Assembly: GCA_963675745.2 (NCBI GenBank)
Contig: CAXXWX010000019.1
Coordinates: forward strand, 288,001 to 352,000
Length of the DNA stretch: 64,000 nt
Source: Phycisphaerae bacterium
GTDB taxonomy: Bacteria; Planctomycetota; Phycisphaerae; UBA1845; Fen-1342
Reading direction: 5' to 3'
How positions within the stretch are numbered: the first letter of the stretch is position 1; the number at the start of each line of letters is the position of its first letter. This document shows positions 45,271 to 54,410 of the stretch, one piece after another. A program made the translations under genes and the position numbers. The notes below the pieces were generated by a model. It was given only the letters and a program-made list of their open reading frames with translations, was not told where the DNA came from and searched no databases.

Positions 45271-47864
45271 CAAATACGCTCCCAGCATTCGGCGTCGAGG
45301 TTCGGGAAACAGATCTGGCACGTGCCGGGCTGGATGCCGTCAACGTGGGCCAGTCCGTTGGCATCCAGCGAACCCCGGCGGACCTTGCCATCGGGCAACT
45401 TGAGTTCGTAGACCTCGCTCGGGATTGGAACACCGGCCTCGTCGACCAGCTCGATCTCAATCCAACTGGTCTGGCACTCCGCACCCGCGGCGGGCTTAGC
45501 TTCGGGCCCTGCGCTTGCAGGACTTGCGGATTCGGGCTCCGCGTCGCGGTCATAGCGCGTGTCCTTACCGTGCTGCACGCAGTCGGCTTCGGTGGGCGGC
45601 TCCGGCGCTTCGGGCGCCGTGACCTGCGCCATCACCGGCGGCGCCACCGGGACGCCGGGGATGCTGTTCAGATGCACCGTCTGGCCGTCAATGTGCACGC
45701 CGCTGGCGTCGATGATGATGCTGCCACCCAGCCCGCGGAGCTCCAGTGTCGCACCGGCCTCGATCTTGATGTTGCGGGCCGATGCCTCGTACGTTTCGGA
45801 GACCTCGTGCTTATGGTTGCAGCCGTAGTGTTCGACCACGTCGCTCTGAACATCGGTCGAGTGCGTCCCGGCGACCTTGATCGAGACCTTGCCGTTGACG
45901 GCCAGCGATTCGTCGCCGCCGGTCTCCGCATTGTGGTTGCCGTCGATCTTGAGGTGGTGGTTGTTTTTGACGAGTTCGATGCGGTCGTTGCCCACGGTCA
46001 GGTGGCGGTCGCGCTCGATGTTCTCGACCCGGTCGTTCTTGAACCGGATGTGAAGGTCCCGCTGCCCGTAGATGAGCATCTGTTCCGAGCCCTTGAGATC
46101 CTCAAAGCGGATCTCGTGCGAGCCGCCGCCGCCTTTCGAGCTGCGCGTTTTGATGACGCTCTTGGTCTTCTCCTTGGGCAGCTCGTAGGGGGGCATGTGG
46201 TCAGCGTTATAGACGCGGCCGGTGATGATCGGCTTGTCGGGATCGCCTTCGAGGAAGTCGACGACAACCTCCTGCCCGACGCGCGGCAAAAACATCATGC
46301 CGTAGCCGCCGCCCGCCATCCCCTGGCTGACCCGAATCCAACACGAGGCGTTCTCGCCGAACCGCCCCGCCCGATCCCAGTTGAACTGCACCTTCACGCG
46401 GCCGTATTCGTCGGTGTGAATCTCCTCGCCTTCGGGGCCCACCACGCGCGCCGTCTGTGTTCCCCGCATCAGAGGCCACGGCGTCAGTCGCGCCGGCCGA
46501 TAGCTGACCGAAGCCGGGATGCACTCGAAGCAACACTCATAAACGGGGGCGATGTGATCCGCGATGTTTGCGGCGGCGACGTCTTCCAGCAGATTGGGGA
46601 TCGACAGCGTCGCCGCCGGATTGCCGCCGGAAGCCTCGGCCACGGCCGGCAGGTCTCGGGATACCTGGCCCGCGTGGTAGAGCCACTGTGTGAGCGCGCG
46701 GCGCGCCGTTGGATCTCCGGAGCTCAATCGCGACGTGATTTGCAGCAACGCGTCGGCCAAGTCGCGAATAGCAGTGTCTTCGGTTTGCCGGGCCGCGATG
46801 AGGGACTGGTGCAGACGGGCATCAAGTACGCCGTTCTTGCCGCTGACACTCGCAGTCGTGTGCGTCGTGGATTGCCGTCCCTGGTGCGTTACCGTGGTCA
46901 GCAGATACGGTCCGTTCAACCCGCCTGGGTGCTCGGCCAGGTCGAATGTCCGTCCGGGAGTCAGGCGCGGGCTGTTGCTCTGCCCGGTGCCAACGATGCG
47001 GCTCGCCTGGAACTCCTCGGCGCGGAGCGCGGCCAGGTCTCGTCCGGGCTTTTGTTCAGAGTATTCACCGGGATAGTCGAAGAACTCCAGCGCCCTGTCG
47101 CGCCCGCAATCGCCGTCAACCTGTAGGTTCAGCCCGGGCTTCCTGAAACTGAAGTCATTGAGCACCACGGCGCCCGGTCGAACCGATTGGCCGAGCCGGA
47201 AGCGAGAGACGTGCTCCTCGGGCGCGTTCATCCCGGTCGGCGGGCGGTAGGCCAGCGTGGTTTCCCCGGTAATTGAGCCATACGTTGCCGCGCCGCCGTC
47301 GTCGAGGACAAGGACGTGGCAGTCCTTTGACTGCTCGAAGTACCAGCGGATGCCCTCCTCTTCCATCAACCGACAGATGAAGTTGTAGTCTGTCTCCCGG
47401 TATTGGACGCAGTACTCGCGGGGAGCATATTCGCGCTCACTCAGATCGAACCTGACGCGATCCTGGGCGATGTCTCCCTTGGTGAGCACGTCCGAGATGA
47501 TCTCGGGCACCGTCTTGTTCTGATGTATTCGCGAGTTGTACCGGTGGGTCAGCAGCCAGAGGCTGGGCATGAGCTCAGCGCGATAGTACGTCCGCTCAAC
47601 CGCTTCGCCGGTCATTTCGAAGCTGCTGACGATGCCGTGGAACCACTTCTCGCCGAAGTCTGTCTTGATCGTCAGCACCGCCGGCTTGCCGACGATGTCG
47701 TCAAAGACGGCTTGGGCGCCGATCGAGACCAGCTCGATCTCGAACCGGTACATCTGGCAAAGGCCCTCGCTTCCGCGATAGCGATCGACCAGGAACTGGG
47801 CAGGGTCACCATCGCCGACCTGAAATGCGATCTGAGCCGTACTGAGATCTTGAACCAGTGGCAT
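45270..47864 (-). CDS. vgrG: Type VI secretion tip protein VgrG with internal insertion and C-terminal extension
   Basis: REYCVQYRETDYNFICRLMEEEGI, EEIHTDEYGRVKVQFNWDR, SCWIRVSQ, PRVGQEVVVDFLEGDPDKPIITGRVYN, EIRFED. Confidence 0.96.
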   Translation of the reverse strand: MPLVQDLSTAQIAFQVGDGDPAQFLVDRYRGSEGLCQMYRFEIELVSIGAQAVFDDIVGKPAVLTIKTDFGEKWFHGIVSSFEMTGEAVERTYYRAELMPSLWLLTHRYNSRIHQNKTVPEIISDVLTKGDIAQDRVRFDLSEREYAPREYCVQYRETDYNFICRLMEEEGIRWYFEQSKDCHVLVLDDGGAATYGSITGETTLAYRPPTGMNAPEEHVSRFRLGQSVRPGAVVLNDFSFRKPGLNLQVDGDCGRDRALEFFDYPGEYSEQKPGRDLAALRAEEFQASRIVGTGQSNSPRLTPGRTFDLAEHPGGLNGPYLLTTVTHQGRQSTTHTTASVSGKNGVLDARLHQSLIAARQTEDTAIRDLADALLQITSRLSSGDPTARRALTQWLYHAGQVSRDLPAVAEASGGNPAATLSIPNLLEDVAAANIADHIAPVYECCFECIPASVSYRPARLTPWPLMRGTQTARVVGPEGEEIHTDEYGRVKVQFNWDRAGRFGENASCWIRVSQGMAGGGYGMMFLPRVGQEVVVDFLEGDPDKPIITGRVYNADHMPPYELPKEKTKSVIKTRSSKGGGGSHEIRFEDLKGSEQMLIYGQRDLHIRFKNDRVENIERDRHLTVGNDRIELVKNNHHLKIDGNHNAETGGDESLAVNGKVSIKVAGTHSTDVQSDVVEHYGCNHKHEVSETYEASARNIKIEAGATLELRGLGGSIIIDASGVHIDGQTVHLNSIPGVPVAPPVMAQVTAPEAPEPPTEADCVQHGKDTRYDRDAEPESASPASAGPEAKPAAGAECQTSWIEIELVDEAGVPIPSEVYELKLPDGKVRRGSLDANGLAHVDGIQPGTCQICFPNLDAECWERI

Positions 47865-48269
47865 GTTTCGAAAACCCCGTGTTGTGAGGCAAAGCGGGTC
47901 AATTCAACGCGGTTGGGCCCCGGCATGTCCGTGCTCACGGCCTGTCGTCTGCCGAAGGACCCGAACCGTCTTCACAGGGGTAAACGAAAACGAGGCGAGT
48001 GACCCGCCGACTTTTCCGCGTCAGGAGCCGGGAGCCCGGTTATCCCGGGCCGTTCTGGCAAGGTTTGCCCGGTGCTGCAACGCCGGGACGATCCCTCATG
48101 AATGCATAACTCCCCACTCAGCAACGTGTTACGCTTGCTCGCCGACGCTTGGTGGTCAACTGATGTGGTCAGCCACGTGTTCCGTGAAAGAGCCCATTGT
48201 CACAGAAGGTGGAGGTTCTGAGCCGGTGTGGTAGTCCGCGAGTGCCTCTACAGCGCGTGACGGGCCTGC

Positions 48270-48390
48270 TTCTCGACCTTCTGGAACACCGTGCGCGCCT
48301 TGGTGGATCGAGCAGACCGGCCGCCAATCGTACGAGCCGCAGATCTTCGACGATCGCAAGGTCGTGCTGCTGGTCAAGCCGGTGACGGAC
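48270..48390 (+). pseudogene. Frameshifted coding-like remnant
   Basis: High-GC3 codons reading FSTFWNTVRA then, after a 1-nt shift, WWIEQTGRQSYEPQIFDDRKVVLLVKP; no start; parent not identified. Confidence 0.3.
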
Positions 48391-48497
48391 CATGCCCCGC
48401 AAGGAGCATGCCGCCGAGCTCCGACGATTCTGATCCACTCAAGAAGGTTCGGCGCCGAGGGCTTTCCCGAACGTGGCGGGGCGGCGTCGAGACACAG

Positions 48498-49838
48498 TCA
48501 TTTGGTTTGTGGTTGCCCGGGTGACGCGTCTGGCGGACCGCCGTTCGCCGTCTTCTTCCTGCCAAACTCGGGGTCAATCTTCACTAGGGCCGCCACGATG
48601 AAGCCCGGGATTGTGGCGATCATCACCCACACGAAGAAGTGCTGATACCCGAGGCATTCCTGGAGCCAGCCGCTGAACATGCCTGGCAGCATCATGCTCA
48701 GGGCCATGAACCCCGTACAGATTGCGAAGTGGGCCGTCTTGCGCGGCCCCTCCGCGACCATGATCATGTACAGCATATACGCGGTGAAGCCGAACCCGTA
48801 TCCAAACTGCTCGGCGGACACCGCCACGCCGATGAGGACCTGGCTGGATGGTTGCGCGTACGCTAGGTAGACGTACACAAGGTTCGGCAGGTTCATCATG
48901 ACCACCATCGGCCATAGCCAGCGGCGCAGGCCGTGCCGCGAAATAAGCAGCCCGCCCAGGATCCCCCCAGCCAGTAGCGCGATCACACCAAGGGTGCCCT
49001 TGATGACGCCGACCTGGCTGGTGTCCAGCCCCAGCCCGCCGGCGGTAGGTTCATCCAGAAGAAACGGGTAGGCCAGCTTGACGAGCTGGGCTTCCGCGAA
49101 GCGGTACAGCAGCAGGAAGGCAAGGATGATGACGATTCCATCTTTCTTGAAGAACTCGGCGAATACCATGAAGAATTCGCCCGCCAAGCTCCGGCGTTTC
49201 TCGCGGCCCCGACCGACGTCCTCCGCCGGCCGAGGAAGCACGAAGAAGTGATAGATGAACGCCGCCAGGAACACGCCGGCTACCGCGAACATCGTGATCT
49301 GCCAGGCCGTCCGTATCTGGCCGAGCCGCGTTTCGAGAGTCCCGGCGAGGACGACCAGCGCGCCCTCCCCGGCGACCATGGCGATCCGGTAGAACGTGGA
49401 GCGGATGCCGACGAAGGCGGCCTGTTGGTGCTGTCTCAGGCCCAGCATGTAGAAACCGTCGGCGGCGATGTCGTGCGTGGCCGAGCTGAACGCCATCAGC
49501 CAGAGGAACGCGATCGTGTACTGGAAGAAGCGCGGCGCCGGGATCGACAACGCCACCAGCGCCAGCACCACGCCGATCACAGCCTGCATGAGCACGGTCC
49601 AAAGGCGTTTGGTGCCCAGCAGGTCCACCACCGGGCTCCACAGCGGCTTGATCACCCAGGGCAGATACAGCCAGCTCGTGTACAGGGCGATGTCGGTGTT
49701 GGAGATGCCCAGGCGCTTGTACATGATGACTGAGACGCTCATCACCATGACGTACGGAATGCCCTCGGCGAAGTAGAGTGTGGGAATCCAGGTCCACGGA
49801 CTGGCATTCCGCACCGTTTTGAGTTGCGCGTCCGACAT
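48498..49838 (-). CDS. AmpG-like MFS transporter
   Basis: LYFAEGIPY, LYLPWVIKPLWSP.VD, SATHDIAADGFY, EQFGYGFG. Confidence 0.9.
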   Translation of the reverse strand: MSDAQLKTVRNASPWTWIPTLYFAEGIPYVMVMSVSVIMYKRLGISNTDIALYTSWLYLPWVIKPLWSPVVDLLGTKRLWTVLMQAVIGVVLALVALSIPAPRFFQYTIAFLWLMAFSSATHDIAADGFYMLGLRQHQQAAFVGIRSTFYRIAMVAGEGALVVLAGTLETRLGQIRTAWQITMFAVAGVFLAAFIYHFFVLPRPAEDVGRGREKRRSLAGEFFMVFAEFFKKDGIVIILAFLLLYRFAEAQLVKLAYPFLLDEPTAGGLGLDTSQVGVIKGTLGVIALLAGGILGGLLISRHGLRRWLWPMVVMMNLPNLVYVYLAYAQPSSQVLIGVAVSAEQFGYGFGFTAYMLYMIMVAEGPRKTAHFAICTGFMALSMMLPGMFSGWLQECLGYQHFFVWVMIATIPGFIVAALVKIDPEFGRKKTANGGPPDASPGQPQTK

Positions 49839-50207
49839 CTCTCGCCTCCGGCGAAGTGCGGCGGTTCAGACCGGGCAGCTCGCACACCACGCCGCAGTGA
49901 ACCGCGCGGAGTTTCCCACTCCCTGTAGCCGCCCGTGCAGCCGGCGTGTCGGGAGTACGAGTTCAGGCGCGTCTCCACACAGCATCCATGCAGAGGCGCT
50001 CCCAACGTCCGGTGGCGTTACAGCCGCCACTTGGACCAACAGAATACCAGATTTGGCCATCGCGCGCGCTTGATGGCGCTAGATGCGGATGAACTCGAGT
50101 TGTGGCCAAGGATATGAGCTGGCGCTCTGCCCGTTACGCGTGGCAAGCACGCGGGACATCGGGCTGCGCATCGGGAGCCGCGCGAGGATGCTCACACATG
50201 CGTTCGG

Positions 50208-51725
50208 TCACTCGGCCGGCTTCAGCCGAAGTCCCCTTGGTACAACGACACGGTCAATGAGCTCAAAGAGCCCCTGCACCAAAAGCGCCAGGACGGCGGC
50301 CGGGATTGCGCCCTGCATGATCACGCCGTAGTCGTTGAGGCGGATGCCGGTGAAGATTGGTTCGCCGAAGCCGCCGGCGCCGATAAAGCCGCCAAGCGTT
50401 GCGAAGCCGACATTGATCACGGCTGCTGTCTTGACTCCCGCCAGAATCATGCGTGACGCCAGCGGCAGCTCGATACGCCACAGCCGTACCCAGCCGGGAA
50501 GACCAAGAGCGACGGCGGACTCCCGCAGTTGCGGCGAGATGCCGCGCAGACCGGCGTGCGTATTCCTGACAATCGGCAGCAGGGAATAGAGGAAAAGTGC
50601 CACGACCGCCTGCGGATAGCCAAGTTCGTCAGAGAAATAGCTCACCGGACGAATCAACAGCACCAGCAGCGCGATGGCGGGAATCGTCTGGATGATCCCG
50701 ACGACGCCGAGGATCGGCTGGGCGAGTTCGGCCTTGTGGGCGGCGATGATGCCGAGGGGAATCGCCACCAGCATCGCGGCCACGAGCGATACCGCCACCA
50801 TGTTCAGGTGTTCCGCGGTATAGCGTGCGATATCGCGCGCGATGCTCTGATCTCGCACGTGAGACTGAATCCCCTTCGCATCTGCCAGGAAATCCGCAGC
50901 GACCTGGCTTTCGCTCTGCCGGTCGAGCTCCACCCGTGCGTTCATGTTCATCATCGCCGTTTCGTCAATCGTGGCCTCCAGGGCGTGGAGCGCGGCGACG
51001 ACCTCTGGCGCTCGTTGCTCCAGTTCGGCGCGATAGACGAAGACGGCGTGGTATTTCGGGAAGTGCTCGAGATCGTCCTCAAGCCGTCGCAGTTCGAGCT
51101 TGCGGATCTTCGCGTCGGTCGCGTACAGGTCGGTGACCTGAATCACGCCGTTGTCGAGCGCTTCGTAGGCCAGCGCGTGTTCGAGCCCGCGCACGTCTTG
51201 ATGGGGCAGTCGATAGCGTTGAGCGAGTGCGTCCCAGCCGTCGGCACGCTTCATGAACTCATTGCTGAAACGGAGCGTGAGCTCGGGATGATCGCGCAGG
51301 TCGCTGATACTGCGGATTCCCAGCTTGGCGGCGAGCTCTTCCTTCATCCCGATGACGTAGGTGTTGTTGAAGCCGAGCGGATCGGTCATCCTGAGGCCGG
51401 ACTCGGCCAGCTTCTTACGAAGCGCTGCTACGCCGCGAACATCCTGGCCGGCAAAGATCTCCTCGCTCATTGTGCCGGTGTACTCGGGGTAAATGTCGAT
51501 CTGCCCCGCCAGCAGCGCCTCCCAGAGCAGCCGGGTGCCTCCCAGTCCTCTGGCGTGTTCCGCCGGGAGTCCTTCGTTTTCCACAAGATGGGCGGCAATC
51601 TCTGCCAGGATGACAGATTCGGTAAATGATTTCGAGCCGATATGCACCGGCTCCGGATCGCCGGCGAACGCCGGGCTCAATAGAGCGACGAGGATACAAA
51701 TCGCAGCGTTTCGTTGCCGGTTCAC
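50208..51725 (-). CDS. Osmoprotectant/quaternary-amine ABC transporter, fused substrate-binding and permease protein
   Basis: IGSKSFTES, DIYPEYTGT, FNNTY, EF..RADG; then QTIPAIAL, LLPIVRNT, ATLGGFIGAGG.G. Confidence 0.92.
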   Translation of the reverse strand: MNRQRNAAICILVALLSPAFAGDPEPVHIGSKSFTESVILAEIAAHLVENEGLPAEHARGLGGTRLLWEALLAGQIDIYPEYTGTMSEEIFAGQDVRGVAALRKKLAESGLRMTDPLGFNNTYVIGMKEELAAKLGIRSISDLRDHPELTLRFSNEFMKRADGWDALAQRYRLPHQDVRGLEHALAYEALDNGVIQVTDLYATDAKIRKLELRRLEDDLEHFPKYHAVFVYRAELEQRAPEVVAALHALEATIDETAMMNMNARVELDRQSESQVAADFLADAKGIQSHVRDQSIARDIARYTAEHLNMVAVSLVAAMLVAIPLGIIAAHKAELAQPILGVVGIIQTIPAIALLVLLIRPVSYFSDELGYPQAVVALFLYSLLPIVRNTHAGLRGISPQLRESAVALGLPGWVRLWRIELPLASRMILAGVKTAAVINVGFATLGGFIGAGGFGEPIFTGIRLNDYGVIMQGAIPAAVLALLVQGLFELIDRVVVPRGLRLKPAE

Positions 51726-52474
51726 TGAGCTGCCCCCTGGGGCGCTTCCAGTGGGCTGCGCTGTGCATTGGCGAACTCGGTGACAAACGCGTCGGCCGGC
51801 GAATCGAGCAGATCACGAAACGATCCCAGTTGCACGATGCGTCCCGAGCGCATCAGGACAATCGTATCGCCGAAATAGCCGGCCTCGCCCAGATCGTGCG
51901 TAACCATGACGACTGTCTTTCTCAGCGTGCGGAAGATCGAGCGCAACTCCATTTGCAGCGTGCTGCGGATCATGGGGTCGAGCGCGCCCAGCGGCTCGTC
52001 CATCAGCAGCACATCCGGATCGAGCATGAGCGCCCGCATCAGGCTGACCCGCTGACGTTGCCCGCCGGAGAGTTGGGCCGGATATCGATCGAGTCCGCCC
52101 GCCGGGAAGTGCGTCAACTCGATCAGTTCTTCGAGACGGCGCGCGATGCGCTGTGCATCCCACCTGAGGTAACGCGCAACGAGAGCGACGTTGCCGCGCG
52201 CGGTCAGATGCGGAAACAACCCGCCATCCTGAATCACGTATCCCATCTTGCGGCGCAGCAGTAGAGCGCTCTCTGGAGTGAGCGTCTCTTCTTCGAACCG
52301 GACCTGCCCGGTATCGGGCAGGGCGAGCCCGATCATCAGACGCAGCAGCGTGGACTTGCCGCAACCGCTCGGCCCGATGAGGACGGTGGTTCGGCCGGGC
52401 TCGATCGTCAGGTCGAGTGCGTCCAGCGCCTTGACCGTGCCGAACCGCTTCGAGATGTTACGGAGTTCAAACAT
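51722..52474 (-). CDS. Osmoprotectant ABC transporter ATP-binding subunit
   Basis: GPSGCGKST, GYVIQDGGLFPH, LSGGQRQRV, MDEPLGALD. Confidence 0.93.
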   Translation of the reverse strand: MFELRNISKRFGTVKALDALDLTIEPGRTTVLIGPSGCGKSTLLRLMIGLALPDTGQVRFEEETLTPESALLLRRKMGYVIQDGGLFPHLTARGNVALVARYLRWDAQRIARRLEELIELTHFPAGGLDRYPAQLSGGQRQRVSLMRALMLDPDVLLMDEPLGALDPMIRSTLQMELRSIFRTLRKTVVMVTHDLGEAGYFGDTIVLMRSGRIVQLGSFRDLLDSPADAFVTEFANAQRSPLEAPQGAAQ

Positions 52475-52566
52475 GACGCGCCCCGGCCCGGGCCTGGCGA
52501 GGCTGCGTCGCGGATTGCCGCCGGCGCGCGATAGCAGAGGGTGATCGCTGTGACATGCAGGTTGCC

Positions 52567-52881
52567 CTAATCGTCGTCGCCATTGGCACCGTTGAAGTTA
52601 TCGCCGCGCTCGTCAATCTCGCCGCACTCAATCGCCTCAACGGTGTCGACAAGCCACTCGAGGTCACCGGCCTCCATATCCAACTCGACTCGCAGAACTA
52701 CGAGATCCTCTTCGTGTCCTGTCGCAGTGGCGAGGTCCCACTCGTGACTTCCGCGAACGACTTCCTCCTCGTCTGTGGTCGTATCGACGGCAATGACAAC
52801 ATCCACCTCCGCGAGTAACTCGCCGGCGTCGCTTGCGCGCAGCTCGTCAATCGAGATTGTCGTGCCGTCCAGATCACTCAC
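52567..52881 (-). CDS. Small acidic hypothetical protein
   Basis: 104 aa, D/E-rich; GTGA overlap with the methyltransferase stop. Confidence 0.7.
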   Translation of the reverse strand: MSDLDGTTISIDELRASDAGELLAEVDVVIAVDTTTDEEEVVRGSHEWDLATATGHEEDLVVLRVELDMEAGDLEWLVDTVEAIECGEIDERGDNFNGANGDDD

Positions 52882-53723
52882 GGCACGTCTACCGCATGAG
52901 CGTTTGCTTCCGCCTGACGTACCGCTTCCTCCGGCACGTCACGGTGTTTGACCCCGACGATCGCCACGTAGTGGAGTGGGTGGCGATCTGTGGCCAGGCG
53001 GTGCTGGTAGCGTTGGCGCCGCCGTACTTCCAGCGTGCCATCATCCACCATGGCCCGCACGAGACCGGAAAAGCCGGAAGGATCTCCGTTCGTCAGAAAG
53101 TCCTCCTTGATGTTGAAGGCAACCCACCCTCCCGGCTTGATCAGATTGAACGCGGACACGAAAGCCGAAACAGGAATGTCACCAAAGCCGAGAGCGGCGA
53201 CACACGCCAACGCGTTGAAGCGGTAACCGGCCAGCTCTCGTCGCTGCCCATCACTCAGGTCGGTCATGTCAACCACGTGATAGTTGTCGTACAGCCCTGG
53301 GCGGTCGCGTTCTGTGGCCTCGGCGGCCTCGTCGATGATGTCGACGCCGACGATGGAGTCAGCTCCCATATCGGCGAGTTCCTCACCGACCATGCCGTTA
53401 CCCGCCCCGAGGTCGAGCACGCGCAAGTCCTCCGCGGACGCGTCGGCATCCGAGGCCAATTCGGCTTCCAGCAGCTTGCGCACGACATTCGGTGAATCAC
53501 AGCGCAGAATGTCGTAGATGATCTTCTCGTAAAGCCCCGGGACCGCGAAAAGCTCGTCGTAGTCGTGGAATCGGATTTGACGCCATTCGTCGTCCACGCG
53601 GACAACGCACCATTCCGCATCCTGCGTCATGGACAGGCTCGGCTCAGGCAAGGCTACCTGAAGTCTGCCGTTTGTGCGGGTTGAAGCTTGTCTTTCGGAT
53701 GTCTGGGTTACACAACTCGTCAT
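52878..53723 (-). CDS. Class I SAM-dependent methyltransferase
   Basis: VLDLGAGNG motif I, VGVDI motif II, LIKPGGWVAF. Confidence 0.9.
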   Translation of the reverse strand: MTSCVTQTSERQASTRTNGRLQVALPEPSLSMTQDAEWCVVRVDDEWRQIRFHDYDELFAVPGLYEKIIYDILRCDSPNVVRKLLEAELASDADASAEDLRVLDLGAGNGMVGEELADMGADSIVGVDIIDEAAEATERDRPGLYDNYHVVDMTDLSDGQRRELAGYRFNALACVAALGFGDIPVSAFVSAFNLIKPGGWVAFNIKEDFLTNGDPSGFSGLVRAMVDDGTLEVRRRQRYQHRLATDRHPLHYVAIVGVKHRDVPEEAVRQAEANAHAVDVP

Positions 53724-53757
53724 GAATACAGCACTCCGTTTCTTACTTCTATTAACA

Positions 53758-54348
53758 TCACTGTTGTTGGTTTGGATTCGTCCCGCCCTTCTGCTGCTTG
53801 GGCAGCGCCAGGGCTTCCGCCGCTACTTCCGTGGAGATTGTCTCGGCTTGCGTTCCCGCGGTTCGCGGGTCCACAGGCCCAGCCACCAGCAGCGGCGATG
53901 CGTCGAGCATTTCGACGTCCATCATCTCCGCGATTCGCTGGAGCGACGCCAACGTCTGAAATCGCTCCCAGTCCTTCAGTTTCGCGAGCTCCGTATGGAA
54001 CCGGTCCTGCAACAAGGAAGGCGCTCTCTCGAGTAGGTCTCGTCCGGCCGGCGTGATCGTGATGTTGACGCTGCGACCGTCCTGCCGGTGGCGTGATCGC
54101 TCGACGTGGCCGGCTCGTTCCAAACGTTGGACGATGCCGGTCAGCGTCGGCTGGCCGAGATGAAGGGCCCGCGCCAGCGCCCCGATCGAGCAATCCCCGA
54201 GACGCTCCGCGGCCCGCAATGTGGCGAGCTGTGGCCACGTCAGGCCGACTTCATGCACGAGGTGGCGAGAGTGCAGATCCACCGCTCTGATGATCCGCCG
54301 CAGCGCTGCAACGATCTCGTCCTCGACTGTCAAGGGATTGCTCACCAT
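53758..54348 (-). CDS. MarR-family regulator (EctR/CosR-like)
   Basis: ALRRIIRAVDLHSR.L...GLT.PQL, TLTGIVQRLE..G.V.R...DGRS, PSLLQDRF...L..WE...LASLQRIAEMMD...DASP. Confidence 0.88.
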   Translation of the reverse strand: MVSNPLTVEDEIVAALRRIIRAVDLHSRHLVHEVGLTWPQLATLRAAERLGDCSIGALARALHLGQPTLTGIVQRLERAGHVERSRHRQDGRSVNITITPAGRDLLERAPSLLQDRFHTELAKLKDWERFQTLASLQRIAEMMDVEMLDASPLLVAGPVDPRTAGTQAETISTEVAAEALALPKQQKGGTNPNQQQ

Positions 54349-54381
54349 CCACTAGGCCTCACGAGATTAGATTGAACTAGA

Positions 54382-54410
54382 ACTATATCCCCCTTTCTAC
54401 AAACATGCAA
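54382..54410 (-). promoter_or_regulatory. Sigma70-like promoter of the marR operon
   Basis: TTGCAT (54410-54405), 17-nt spacer, TATAGT (54387-54382). Confidence 0.6.

Noticed and set aside
45102..47126. Long + strand ORFs antisense to vgrG and the effector (674 aa here; 515 aa at 42481-44028)
   Set aside because: Typical shadow ORFs of high-GC coding sequence with no motifs; the same applies to most overlapping ORFs in the track.
37480..47864. Complete T6SS, prophage or tailocin
   Set aside because: No sheath, tube, baseplate, capsid, terminase or integrase genes are in the window; only tip-associated genes are present.
47990..48080. c-di-GMP-I riboswitch upstream of vgrG (GGGCAAACC...GACGC on the minus strand)
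   Set aside because: The GNRA-capped P2 stem and GCAAAG/P3 spacing do not fit by eye; an Infernal search with the Rfam c-di-GMP-I model would be needed.
49850..50200. Cobalamin riboswitch or other ncRNA upstream of the AmpG-like gene
   Set aside because: Only a GGGAA fragment is present; the B12 box and other conserved elements are absent.
52878..53723. EgtD (ergothioneine histidine methyltransferase) or a DNA methyltransferase
   Set aside because: It lacks the EgtD PEYY and ELGSG signatures and the DPPY/NPPY or PC motifs of DNA methyltransferases.
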